Of a stretch of DNA of 64,000 bases, positions 48,295 through 61,500 are shown piece after piece. Made by a program: the position numbers and the translations under genes. Source of the DNA: Octopus bimaculoides. Lineage: Eukaryota. The stretch covers positions 8,708,392 through 8,772,391 of the forward strand of contig NC_069009.1 of NCBI RefSeq assembly GCF_001194135.2. The letters run 5' to 3'. Numbering within the stretch: position 1 is the first letter of the stretch; each line of letters starts with the position of its first letter. Below the pieces are notes generated by a model that did no database searches, was not told where the DNA came from, and saw only the letters and a program-made list of their open reading frames with translations.

Positions 48295-49496
48295 CCAGGC
48301 TGAGTAAAATGTAAGCAATGTTTTGAAAGATGAAATTCATCACAATATATTTCAACAATGCAGAAATTTTATTCATCAAAGTAAGTACCTTTACAATGAA
48401 CACATTTTTGCCAATGAGTTACAAGTTTGTTTATTCCAGTAACATAAAAATCTGGAGTTCTGCAGCTGACGAACTCTTTGAATGTAGTTTGAGTCTGATT
48501 TTTGAACTCCTTCTCTTGCAGGAATTCAAAGGTACTCGAAAAAGTGGTAGTCGGTAGGAGAAAGTTCTGGAGCATCATTAATGAAACGTGTGGTCAAGCA
48601 TTGTCATGAAGTATGATTGACCCCCTTCTGTTGACCAGTCTGGGACGGAGGAGTAGCAGTTTTACGTTCACTTTGGCAATTTCATGGCAATATGTTTCTG
48701 CAGTAGTGGTTTACCTGGGTTTTAAGAAGTTATAGTTATTAAGCAGTACACCATCAAACAGTCACCATAACCTTCTTTTTGAAGAGCTTGGGTTTAGGGA
48801 AGGTTTTTAGTGCTTCATTTTGGTCCAACCACTGTGGAGAATGTTTTTTTTTTTATTATTGTACAGAATTCACTTTCCATCGTAAGTTACAATACAGTCG
48901 AGAACTGGATCAGTCTGGTTATGGAAAAGTGATGAGCAAATTTCATATCCATGCGTTTTCTGATTTTCATTCAAATTGTGTGGTACCCATTTGTCCAGCT
49001 TTTTTGATTTTCTGACTGCATGCAAATGGTTGCAGGAAGTTTTCTGGCTAACTTGAAGCTTTTTTCCCAGTTCTTGAGTGGTTTTACGTCGATCTTTCTC
49101 AACGACGGTCTTTAATTGACTGTCATCAATGACAGATGGGCATCCACTATGCTCATGATCTCCACTGTGAAACCATTTAAACCATTTTCAAGCTGACCAC
49201 TCACTGGTCATTTCTTCACCAAACATTTCGTTGATATTCAGTTTCAGCTGCTTTACATCCTTTTCTGAAGTTGAATAGCAAAATTGCTCGAATATTGCAC
49301 TTTGAGAGTTCCATTTCAGATGAATGCAACAACAGTGAAATAAATATCAAAGTTAATTTATTGATGCATTTAGGCAAGTCTATGTCTGTATTATCAGACA
49401 ATTGCAAAAAATGTTGAAAAAAAATTTTAAACTCTTCAAGAATCCAGTATAAATTCTTCATGGTTCAAAACATTGCTTACTTTTTACTCAACCTGA
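48295..49496 (-). mobile_element. Mariner DNA transposon (~1.2 kb), decayed
   Basis: 33-bp TIRs (t/c)cagg(t/c)tgagtaaaa(a/t)gtaagcaatgttttgaa flanked by TA. Remnants MELSKCNIRAILLFNFRKGCKAAET and FYVTGINKLVTHWQKCVHCKGTYFDE. Confidence 0.9.
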
Positions 49497-49767
49497 TATA
49501 TTATATATATATATATATATATTTCCATCTACCAAATTCACTCACATGAAATTAGTCAACCTGGGACTGTATACTAGAACTGAACTCAAAACCACTTGGA
49601 TGCAAAGCAAGCTTTTCATCCGCACAGCTCAGCCTGCACATTTAAAATACTTGACCACCACATATTCTGAGGTGGTCAAGGTGACAACATCATTAAAACT
49701 CAAGCAAACTGGCTCAAGATTGACCTAGGGCTAAACAGCGACAATCTCCCTCCATTGTTAAACTCAC

Positions 49768-49985
49768 CAGATTCACTTTAAAAGATATTCCACAATCACG
49801 AATTTCAAATGCCTTGTACTCGATTCTGAGTAGCTCCTTGTCACTCTCTGTCCGGAAGCGCAAAGCACACTTTGTAAGAAGGCTTTTGGATGCACCAGGT
49901 TTTTTAAGATGAATGGTGATAGTCACTCCAGACGGAATGTCTATGTAGCCCGTCAGAGAACACACGCTGTAGTCATCCATGAAAT
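49768..49985 (-). CDS. Exon of CUB-like single-pass membrane protein gene: N-terminal half of the CUB-like domain
   Basis: Acceptor attttcag|AT (phase 1) and donor AATCTG|gtgagt (phase 0); 218 nt. Translates (D)FMDDYSVCSLTGYIDIPSGVTITIHLKKPGASKSLLTKCALRFRTESDKELLRIEYKAFEIRDCGISFKVNL, with CUB-like Cys spacing. Confidence 0.8.
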
Positions 49986-51524
49986 CTGAAAATATTAATG
50001 AGGAGATTAACAAAGCATTTCATTTGGTAGCAGAGAACAACAACTACAAAACAGTCATCACATAGTATACTGTACAGTACATTACTTAGGGATAAACATA
50101 CAAACATATATCAACTGGCACTCTGTTGGCCATTATAATGAGGGTTCCAGTTGATCTGGGGCCATGTTAGGACACACAAAAACTGGCATTCCATCAGTTC
50201 CAATGACAAGGGATCCAGTTGATCCAACCAACAGAATAGTCTGCTCATAAAATGTGCAAGTGGATGAGCACTCTGCAGACACACATACCCTTAATGTAGT
50301 TCCCAGTGAGATTCAGCATGACACAGAATGTAATAAGAGTGGCGCTTTGAAATATAAGTACAACTTATTTTTTGACAGGCTGGTGGACTGGGCCAATGTG
50401 AAATAAAGTATCTTGCTCAAGAATACAACATACCACCAGGGATTGAACTCATGACCTTACAATCACAAGCTGAAATCCCTAACCACTAGGTGCCTTCTAA
50501 ATTCAAACCTACTGCTTCAAATATCCAAATCAAATGTTGTAAAATATCTGCTTCAACTTGGTTATGTCAACAGGCTTGAAGTTTGGGTCCCACATCGATT
50601 TGAACTCAGAAGATAAAGTAAGATCAAATATTGCTAAGCATTTTGCCCGGTGTGCTAATGATTCTGCCTTGATCCAAACAATTATTGATACACTACAAAG
50701 CTCAGGTGAGGCCCAACAAAGGATTATTGTGCTTACTTATAGAACTAGATCACATCCAGAAAAGAGTCCTCTGACTGACTGCCGTGATGTCCCTCACAGA
50801 CACACTCATTCTTTCGCCTACAATGACACTGGCACCCATGTTGAGTGTAAAGATTAACTTTCAGTATTAATATTGCTTCTGCCATTAATAATTAATTTCT
50901 AATAAGCCTGCTGGCTATTTGTGCTGTATCGTAGCAGTGAGATTTAATTGTCATGCAGTGATCAGTGCTTCCCACTGATGAGTTCCAATAGAATGTGGTA
51001 TGGGAATTCTAGTGACCATGAGGGACAAATTTTGTCTGCTACAATTTATGTGCTTTTAAGCAGATCTTAAGGATCTTCCAAGGCTAATAATGCAGCATTC
51101 GGTGTTTTGACAAGGCATCTATTTATGTTAAGTTGGATATTAATTGGTATTAATATTGTTTCTGTTACAAATAATTAATTTTTAATAAGCCTGCTGGCTA
51201 TTTGAAACACCAGCATCTGAAAAGTGAGATTTGACTGACATACAGTGACTGACATGTGGGAATACTGGTTCCATCACTAATAATTAACTGTCTCCACTCT
51301 GTTAATTGTACTGCTACTGTAATATCTTCTGTTCCTTGGAACTGACTCAATTCACGTCGCCTCCACTCAAGCACTAATGTCTCACTCATCTCTTCTCCTC
51401 CCCTTTCAGTGTCCAATCCCATACCAAACTACACTAAATCACTATCCATAGTCCTTCCTTCCAAGAATGCCATCCCTTCAGTAATCCCTTTCAAGAGGAA
51501 CTTTATTGGCATCAAAATCTAGAC

Positions 51525-51790
51525 AGCGTTTTGCAACCCTTTTTATGCCTATGGACCCCTTTGATTCCTCTTTTACTCAGATGGACCCTGATAACCATTC
51601 ACTGTCTAAATAAATCCTATTATATTTTTATAATTAAATATTATTAGAAATTGTTTGACAATAATTATGAAGATATTTTGTGTATTGCAGGAATATAACC
51701 AATTCATTGCATCTAAACTTTAAAAACAAAATCTTCTATGGACCCCCCCGCCCACCAAGGGTCATATAAATCTTTGTTGAGAACTGCTGG
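51525..51790. mobile_element. hAT-like MITE
   Basis: Ends cagcgttttgcaacc and gttgagaactgctg, with internal atggacccc motifs. Related pieces at ~13220-13320, ~13735-13775 and ~17690-17745. Confidence 0.5.
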
Positions 51791-51859
51791 TCTATAGTGA
51801 TTGCAAATGTCAACAACATTAATTGCCACTACCAATAGCAACATCAGCAACACCATCCC

Positions 51860-52110
51860 TACCAACAAGAACAACATCACCACCACCACCACCACTTCTA
51901 CCACTAACAACTTTTCCTCCTCCTCCGCCGCCGCCACCACCACCACTTCTACCACTAACAACTTTTCCTCCTCCTCCGCCGCCACCACCACCACCACGAA
52001 CAACAACAGCAGTATCTCCACCCAAACTTACACTCAGTCTTAGTTGCAGCTGCACCTGGTCGTGCACACATCAAAACAGCAACAGCAATAATAATAATAA
52101 AAATAATCTT
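51860..52110. repeat. Mosaic trinucleotide microsatellite with a ~57-bp internal duplication
   Basis: (CAC)n(CTC)n(GCC)n blocks; accaccaccaccacttctaccactaacaacttttcctcctcctccgccgcc occurs twice. Confidence 0.85.
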
Positions 52111-54068
52111 CCTTGTCATCATCATTTCTAGCAGCCAGGGGATGGGCCGAGCATGGCCACCCTGTTTACATCCAAGTACAACTCCTGGCCTCTGCTGTCG
52201 TTCCTTTTGATGTATTGTAGCTGGGGCAATCATGTCAGCATAGGGGACGTCCAACATCACTCTGGGCTATAGAGATGTGCTGAGACAGCAGGAAACCCTG
52301 TAATGATAAAAGGGAACAGAAGTTACAAGTTAAGAAAAACAAAAGTGACTGGTAGATGCTCCCTAAAAGGAGTTTGTAGGTATTTATTATGTAGGTCATA
52401 ACTCTGGCCGTGTGAGTAAGATATTTGCCTCCCAACCACACTGCACCTTGGGCACGTGTCTTCTACTATAGACCCGGGTCAAGCAAGGCTTGCTGAGTGG
52501 ATCTGGTAGATAGAAATTGATATATATAAAATTTTCAGGATCTGATAGAATCGTGTATTTAAATAGCAAAAGCACCAAGATAGAGTCAAGGGTAGTGCTC
52601 CAGTGCACAGACAATGGTTACTGACATTTACATATTTACATATTTACATATACATATACATATTTACAAAAGTAAACACAAATTTGTCATTCCAGTTATT
52701 CATACATTCACAAGTATTGACAGAATATGCACAAATAGATATATCTATAGACACACATTTCCAAACACAAATATAGATGAGACATCATGCATACATTCAC
52801 AATATAAACCAATCATCTATACTTTCACATTACATCTGATTCCACTTATGCTCTATTTTTTTCCTCCAAGCATCTGTCCATCCCATTTTCTAGTGAGAAT
52901 GTTACTACGTTCTACCCACCAAATTGATATCTGACCAGGTGACTGACTGGTTTCTGACCAAAAGGTAATTTACATCACAGAATTCCAAAGAACCTTGTTA
53001 GCTTGTCATTTATGGGACTCTGTCTATCGTTTTCTTTATTGTGAGGCTGAACATCTTGAGATCAGTCTCCACTACTTCGTCCCATACCTTCTTCACTCCC
53101 CTCTTCCACATGTTCCATCCACATTTAGCAATCGGCACTTCTTTATAAAACTGTTCTTATCTGTATGCTTTACATTGCCACAGTCTTCTCCCTTTCACAC
53201 CACATCTGATTCCCCCTAGGCCTTATTCTTTCCTCAAAGCATCAGTCCATCCCATTTTCTGGCGAGAATGTAGTCAATATGGCTTGTGTACCCACAAGAA
53301 ACCAGCCAGTCACCTGACAGATGATCAGGTAATTGACTGATTTCTTGAAGTTAGACCAGAAGGTAACTTACATCACGGGATTTCAAGAGCTTTGTTCACT
53401 CTTCATTTGTTGGACTCTAGCCTCTATGTACACCTTGGGATACATTGGGTTCCTGCTCAACATGTCTTTTGATGCCACCATTCATCATCAAGGTGAGGGC
53501 TTCATAACATCAGTCCTTTTGTTCATCTGCCAGGCCACATTGCAGAACATATGTAAAGATAAATATTGCTGTTGTATTTTCCCAGACTAGTTTAAGCTAA
53601 ATTATCATATCACACACTCTAACTACCTTGATCACTTTAGTTTATCTTTTATTTGTTTCATTCATTAAACTGCAGCCATGCCTTGATGAACTTTTTAGTC
53701 AAATGAATTGAGCTCAGTACTTATTTTTTAAGTCTCTTTCTACCAAATCCACAGACAAGGCTTTGATCAACCTGAGGATACAGTAGAAGACATATGATGA
53801 AGATGCCATGCAGTAGAACTGAACCGGGAACCATGTGAGTGGGAACCTTCTTATCATGCAGCCACATCTGCACCTATTTACCCATTTCTCAGCCTAAAGT
53901 ATGCACACACCCACTACATCACGACTGCCTACCTAAAAGAATTTCTATCTTTGTTTATGGCCAACAAGGAGTCCAGCTGAAGCTCCCCTCCATCTTACCT
54001 CTTACACACTTCCATTCTAACATTCCAACTATCTCACCAGACCTGCTTTTCATTGTCTCTACATTGAT

Positions 54069-54107
<39 letters not shown>

Positions 54108-54399
54108 TATTGAGTAAAATATCTGACAGGCAGGCTGTCTACTAGTTTTAATATAAATGAGAGAACTTTGTAAATAGTGAAACAAGTCGGCAGCCATTAT
54201 GATGCTGTTATCAATAACATATATTTACATTCTAAATGTATTCAGTGGCTTTCTTTCAAAAATTGTAGAATGCTTAATCACAGGATAAATATATCTAATA
54301 TACACTTACACACATATACATACAATGTGTGTGTGTATACATATTTGAAAAAGGAAAAAAATGACTTCACTGGTAGTTTTAATCAATTTAACTTTTAAC

Positions 54400-54910
54400 A
54401 ATATTACAGTTTGGTTTGTAAATCTTAAGTTCTTTAACTTTGGTGGAGAGATTTTTTTGGAGAAAGTGCAGCAAGGTTTGTATGCATAATGCTTGGGACT
54501 TCAGAATGGTCTGCACATAACCATCTGTCATTTCTTCTGTTGACTTTTTGATCTTGGTCAAAGTTTTTCTCGTTTGAGCAAAACCAAATCAAATCTTCTG
54601 CTGGAATTTTTAGTTTGTTTAAGAGCCTTTTAGACCTGATGTAGTGATTTTCTTTTGCCTTTTCTGACATAAATTGACCTTTCTTCATCATACAAGACTT
54701 ATATCTGATGTCTTCATGGACAACATTTCTGATTGTTCCTTCTGACACATGGAAACCTTTTGCAATTGACCTCATGGATTTTCTGGGAATGTAATTGATG
54801 GTCTGTTGAACTTGCTGGATACATTCAGTTGTTCTGATGAGTTCAGAGCATTTAGAATGCTTTTTACACTTTGATACTGGTTACTGTGCCATAAAAGTAC
54901 ACCAATAATG
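54400..54910 (-). mobile_element. Truncated maT/DD37D-type Tc1-mariner fragment
   Basis: ORF 54775-54434: MRSIAKGFHVSEGTIRNVVHEDIRYKS...IWFCSNEKNFDQDQKVNRRNDRWL. Confidence 0.7.
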
Positions 54911-54914
54911 TGAT

Positions 54915-57650
54915 GCAGAATGGTTGGTTGTCTAGTCAACTGCTGTCCCCCTCCACCCCTCGCCAGCCACCTAGTTGACTACCTTTTATCCGCAACAGCA
55001 TATTTAACAATGTGAAACTAAGTACATTTAGTTTTGTATCATTACAACATCCCCCATTCACTTGAAGCAATTCACAGACTAATAAAACTGACAAATGAAA
55101 ATAGGGTTTCTTCTCACTCAAAGAAAAAAATAAATAAACTGTTTTATTGCAAGAGCAATAAGCAACATGCACTTCAAATAACATGAACAGTTTTATGGTA
55201 CAAAGTGTTTTTTAGTGTTCTGGTGTTTTCACTGTCCTGCCTGATCTTGGGATTCTTTTGTGGGTTGGTGTTGAGCACTTCTCATGTGTCTGACCATTAT
55301 TTTGTGTTTCTGCATTGTTATCAGGAGGAGCATTGGTGATTTCTTTTCTTGAGTCAAGTTGAATAACATGTTTCATGGAGTTTGTAGGGTCTGTTAGATG
55401 GTTGCCTGTCTCTATATTGTTGGGCAATCTGGCAGGCATTTCCATCTGAATGGTCTGTTCATACTGTCTGTCTATGCCTATGCCAGTATCTCTCAGTTCC
55501 CTTCTGTTTCTCCACAAATCTCCATGGGTTGTTTTCACAATGTAAGACCTCAGTTCTTTACATTGTTTTGCTATTTCTCCAGGTATCCAATGTTTGTTGT
55601 TTATGTCAAGGACTCGTACAGCTTGTCCTTTGTGCAACAGAGGCAATTTCATCTTTGCATGATGGTCATATGCAGTTTTCATTTGTATTCAAGAAGTTTT
55701 CTCTGTCTTTGAGCTTCATGAGAGTAGCTCCAGCGTAATGGTACAAGTGTTGTGATTAGTCAACCCAATAGGATCTCAGCGGGTGATGGCATCTTTAAGT
55801 TTAATGGTGTGGCTCTTAGATTCAACAATGTATTGTTTACGTCTTCCTTGCTTATTTTTAGATTGTCTTTTGAATTGTCTGTACTTGTCTCTCTGTGGAG
55901 GCGCAATGGCCCAGTGGTTAGGGTAGCGGACTCGCGGTCATAGGATCGCGGTTTCGATTCCCAGACCGGGTGTTGTGAGTGTTTCTTGAGCGAAAACACC
56001 TAAAAGCTCCACGAGGCTCCGGCAGGGGATGGTGGCAAACCCTGTTGTACTCTTTCACCACAACTTTCTCTCACTCTTACTTCCTGTTTCTGTTGTGCCT
56101 GTAATTCAAAGGGCCAGCCTTGTCACACTGTGTCACGCTGAATATCCCCGAGAACTACGTTAAGGGTAGACGTGTCTGTGGAGTGCTCAGCCACTTGCAC
56201 GTTAATTTCACGAGCAGGCTGTTCCGTTGATCGGATCAACTGGAACCCTCGCCGTCGTAAGCGACGGAGTGCCAACAACTTGTCTCTCTATGAATATGTT
56301 TGACTGGGAGTACCTTGGTGATGATGTAGTGTGTTGAATTCTCCATTTATGTGTCATTTGTTGAAATGGTTTACCAGTATATTGAGGACCATTGTTGCTA
56401 AAAATTTCATCAGGTCTTCAATTGTTATGAAACCAGGAGTTGAATCCATGATGTGATCACAATGTATTGTGATTAATTTCATTGCCTTACATGCTGGTAA
56501 TCCGATGACTGGTGGTCCATCCACCTCTACCACACAGAATTTGGCATCATTGAATTCGCTGCCGTTTGAGTGAAGCTGAGAATATATTGCTTCAAAGCAT
56601 TTGATTTCTTGGCCATAGTATGCCATCAGATGAATGTTTTTCTTTGGTTTTAGCATGACTGCAGTTCGTGTTGATTTGTACATCTGGCAATGTGTTGCCT
56701 GCTGCTCCTGTATCAGTCTATAATTTTATTTGTCGGACCTTTTCTTTCTGTGGACATTTGATAGCCAATGCTTCATTTTGCATGCTTGAAATTTGTATGC
56801 AGTGGTAGGAATAACAGTTCTCTTTGTCTGAGTCTGTATAAGCCTTGTAGCTTGATTCTATATCATGGAATTTTTCGTGTGCTTTTTCCAAAGCCATTTT
56901 TCTGTCTTGTTTGTTCTGTTGACGACAAAATTCTTTCCAGTGTCCCTTTTTGTTGCAGGAATCATTATATGCAGGGCACTTTCTTGGTGGGTACATTCGT
57001 CCACAATTTCCACATCAACACTCGACAGCATCTACATTGCTTAGTTCTGCACTTGCAAGTTGTTGTAGCTGACTTTTTGCTGCAAGAATGGCTTCATATT
57101 TTCTACCCTCTGTTAGGGCATCTTCAAGTTTGTAGTCTTTCTCTTTCCCAAGCAACTCCTTTTGGAAGGCTTCAATGAGAGGTGAAGCAATCAATAATTC
57201 AACGATCAGTTGTTCAAGATCTTTTTCTTCAAACTCACATTTTTTTTACTATTGTTCAGGCTCTTGTAACAAAGTTGTCAATTGTCTCATCATGCTACTG
57301 TCTCCATTCCATCAGTTTAAGGCGATGTACGCTGAAATTGATGTTTATCTTGACTTGTGTTTCGAACAATTCTCACAGTTTATTTGGGCTTTCCTTGTCA
57401 GCATCTGATAAGCCAGATTCATTCAAATGTTTGAATGCCTCTTAATATTTTTAAGGCTATTTTCCTTGGTTCTATAGTTTCTTCATCTTCATAATAGTAC
57501 ATGATGTTTGGTTTGAATATTTGCAGGGCTTCAGCTGCATTGTCTGTGTGCCATTGCATTTCAGGAATGCAAGCTGTCACTATATTATTGATGTTTTTCT
57601 TGTGCAATACAACACCGTATGATTTGGTTATTTTCTGTGGCATAACATGT
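54915..57650 (-). mobile_element. Degenerate Gypsy-type LTR retrotransposon lacking RT/RNaseH and most of the integrase
   Basis: Gag zinc knuckle (CPAYNDSCNKKGHWKEFC), protease TDTGAAGNTLP (~56715), integrase C-terminus (LLNLRATPL...SPAEILLG; WIPGEIAKQCKELRSYIVKT...RNRRELR). Purine tract aatggggga precedes TG at 55049. No matching 5' LTR was recognised. Confidence 0.85.
55897..56277 (+). mobile_element. Young full-length tRNA-derived SINE with target-site duplication, inserted in the Gypsy element
   Basis: A box TGGCCCAGTGG, B box GGTTTCGATTCC, CpGs retained, (CAA)n end. Flanked by ACTTGTCTCTCT at 55883 and 56278. Confidence 0.9.
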
Positions 57651-59213
57651 ACTATGTAGCCAATATGATAATAATAGTTTGTATATAAATTTGTAGCAAT
57701 GCTTCCAGCTAAACATGTGTATTCTTCTTGTTCTTTTGTGTCACGTCGCGTTCAGTGATGATACTGGTACATTGGTAGCGTTGAACAATGTCTAATCTAT
57801 ACTATAATGGAGAAAGCTGCTTATTAATTAGGCATGTAACAATTACTAAAAGAAAGCAATTATTAAAGGGTTGACCATCTGGAAATATTTTTATAAATTC
57901 ATCTTCTAAGAAATTTCCTATAATTTTGATTTCCCAAGTTTATTGAATTTTTAAAACTCCAATTTCATGCAAATTTAAATATTCATTGCGTCCAATTCAT
58001 TACAAATTTAAATATTCATTGCATTCACTGCGAAGTATTCCATTTTAAGTTTTAATTCGCTATTAATGTATACATAATGTAAAAACATTATTTATTGAAT
58101 GAAAATTTTTTTTAAATACACATATAATTATTGAACGCTGGATAGCTGTGAGAAGAGCCTAGAAAGTTGGGTAATTACTACTAGAAGACCAGAAGAAAAA
58201 AACAAAACAAAAAGTTACTGACAAGTATTCGAAAATTGTACCTTATTCACAGTTTCCAAACAACTTCAACAGTGACACACATACACATGCGCACAGATAA
58301 ACATGCACACAAATGAAAGGCAATGAATGCGTATGTGTGTGTGTGCGTGTGTGTATCCATGTGTGCTTGCTGTTCACTGACAAAACTTCATGCTGCATCA
58401 CTTTTGTGAAGTTTTGTCAGTCACAGTTTCAAAGTGACGAAAATATTTTGACACAAATCAAGTTTTAATGTTGAAGTGAAACTAATGGTATTTGTGTGTT
58501 CTTGAATGGTTTACAAACATTTTCCACGCTGCAACTGATATTGTTTCAGCACATGATCTCAGATCAAGTCACTTGCTATGCAAGTACATCTCCATAATTT
58601 TTTTAAATCACTGTGGATAAATGCCAGTAATGACCTTCTCAGGCTCTTCAATATTTTAATTTCTAAACAGAAACAACCGGGGGCAGGGAGTGGGGTTGCA
58701 AAAAATTCATAATTTCTCAAATTTTCTTTTTTATAGCTTATAAATGTATTTATGGGGATAAAGAAACGAGGAAGGTTGTCTTTGGATGTGCTAGAAACAA
58801 CAGCCAACTCGCCCTTAAATCACTTTTCCCTCTGAAAATATTAACAATTTTTAAAAAATTTTTGTACCGGAAATGCTCTTCCCATGGTCTTGAAGTGCAA
58901 AAAAAAAAAAAATTGGCCAAAATAGGTCTGGAGTGGGATGATGAGGGAGTGGGGTGTAAAAGTTATGAGGGGGAAAATGTCAGATCATGTGATTTTTCTG
59001 AAACTCCTTCCTCGCAAAAATTCTTTCCCATAAATCCCTATATACACTGAAGCCACAATATCTAAGCGGTAGTTGTAGAAAATTTCATTAAAAAGTATCC
59101 ATTTTTCTGGATGTTATGAGGCAACAAAGTCGGGGGCGTATACATCTGTAGCAATGTCCTTTTATTTATATGATTTTTTCATTTCATGTTTATTTCATTC
59201 ATTGTCTGCAATG

Positions 59214-59252
<39 letters not shown>

Positions 59253-61500
59253 TGCTAAGCTTGCAGATGGGCTGCTGAATTGAAATCTTTTATGTTGCTT
59301 TGAGGGGAAGATTAAACTTGACAAACTGCCTCTGTTGTTGGACTACCGTGATGTTTGTTTAAAAGATTATGACTGATAAAATAATGAAAGCAACATTTAC
59401 TAAGCAAGTGAGCACTATTATACAAAGGAATAATTAGATGTAAAATATAAAAATGATTAGAAATGGGAATAAAATGCGAAAATATTATCAAGGGGCGAAC
59501 AGAAAACTGCCCAGAGGGCAGTCCTTCTGCGTGTGATAATAATGTGCTGGTAATCCAATTAGCTCGATTCACATGCGAATTCTCTATGTTATAGTATTAT
59601 AACATATATCATATTTTTGTGTCGACCGTGCGACGCGTTAAAAGGAGCCTGTTTCCATTCGTCACCATTCTCCTTTGGTTCGCACGGTTGTTCTCTACAT
59701 ATATATATATGTAAAAAGGTTGAATTAGATTTGTCCTTTAATTTGGAGGTTTCCAAACTAAGATTTCTAATATAGATTCTACTGGCGTAAGTTTGCAAAT
59801 ATGAAAATAAAACTTGTATATGGTGTGTTGTAAATTTATGGAAAGGAATCCCATAAAACTCAACAATTTTGTTAAAAATGGAGAAGAGATGTTAAAATAT
59901 ATAAGAGAATTTTAATTCATGCAGATGATCGTTTGGTACAGAGATATAAAAATCATGCAAATTCATGGTTGAATAGAAATAATTAAATTGAATTAAATTA
60001 ATTATATATCACTGTATTCTTCAGTGTAAGAAGTATAAACAAATTTTTTACAAAGAACTTGAGAAAGGAAGTAGCAGAATAGGATCTAGGAGATTCATAT
60101 TTATCCTTATGAGAAAAAAAGATGTGAGTCCAGTTAGGTATTGACTAAAACTAAACACTGTAATGGTCATTTGAAAATATAAGTGAAAGAGGTTTTAGAG
60201 ACGTTCCCTTTACAGATGAGTAAGGAAATTAGAAATTCTAACTCCAAATAAGTCGTGTAGGATAAAGATTGTATAGAAATGTCCAATGGAAAGGCATGGC
60301 TATATTTGAATTAAGATATGACCTGACATTTAGAAACAATACTAAGTGTGGTGTATATTTTTAAATATTTTTATACATGAGAATGAAGTTAATCGAGAGG
60401 AGATTAGTGTATAAAGACTACTGGATTGTTAACATAAATAAGTGTTTGAGAGGTGAAAAAGGGTTAAAGAAAATAAGATGCGTAAAATGGATTTGTGTTT
60501 GAATAAGAATATTCATTTGTATGTATTAAATATAAGGTAGAAAAATAAGTAAAAACAGAAAAAAATAGTTCTTAATATTACAATTTAGATAGTAAATACT
60601 TGCTACGGCTATAAAGATGAAGAAAGAGCACTCAGAGAGTTATTTCATGTAGGAAAACTGCAAAATAACAATGTAGGGGTGATAAATGAGAAATAGAAAA
60701 AATATGTATTGATATGTAAGGCTATACAGTAACTATGTTTAAGTATAAATAAAAATATGCGGTAAGGAACTAGCTTGGCATAATGTGAGAGGGATATATA
60801 GTGTGGTATTAGGTTAGTAATTAATATTCAAGTAACAGAAGAGTATTGTGTATTATGAATATAAGAAAAGGTACAAGTATTGGGGTGCACATAAGTATAC
60901 AAAATAATTTATATATATATAATGTCTGCACATTCGTATACATAGATATAGGAATTCTAGTTGTATCTTGATTAGGGTATACATAAAGGAAGGAACACTG
61001 TACAAAAATATACTCATACTGGTGCAAAGAGAGACAAAAGGCACATACATGTAGATATAAGTACACACACGCACATCTAAAAATAGTAGTATATATATGT
61101 GTGTGTGTATGCAAAACATACGTGTATGTGCACACGTTCATATTAAAATATACATATTAGTGGCAACATATAGTGAATAAACACACAATAATAATAATAA
61201 TAATAATGATAGATATGCACACACAGATGACATATAAGGTCCATATCTAGATAATCACACATGGTTGTAGGCAAGTAGGACACCAAGAAGTACTATATAT
61301 ATTTGCTTATATCAGCAGATATAGTGTTAATTATAGGAATTTTTTTTTTTATTATAAAATAGATTCAATTTCTTATTGTTAAAAGAAGAGATTATCCTAA
61401 AGAGATTTGGAGAGACTGAAAGTTCAAATCTAATTTTTTTATTATTAAGTATTTTTGCATATTTAGAGTTTTTAAAGTTTTTATTAATTATAATTCTGAT

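Noticed and set aside
51713-52260. Pro/Thr/Val-rich overlapping ORFs resembling extensin or mucin
   Set aside because: Explained by a mosaic trinucleotide repeat open in several frames on both strands.
52153-52272. Short + strand ORF resembling a signal peptide (MATLFTSKYNSWPLLSFLLMYCSWG...)
   Set aside because: Wrong strand for the CUB-like gene, stops after 39 aa, no clear donor site.
55897-55975. tRNA-like sequences here and at 9415-9486, 61677-61748 and other SINE heads
   Set aside because: Acceptor stems do not close and each continues into a repeat body; these are SINE heads, not tRNA genes.
57650-57860. Possible 5' LTR and primer-binding site of the Gypsy element
   Set aside because: No convincing match to the sequence following the PPT at 55049, and no clear TGG-type PBS.
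58376-58421. Perfect 15-bp inverted repeat with a 16-nt loop
   Set aside because: Too short for a miRNA precursor; most simply a MITE remnant.
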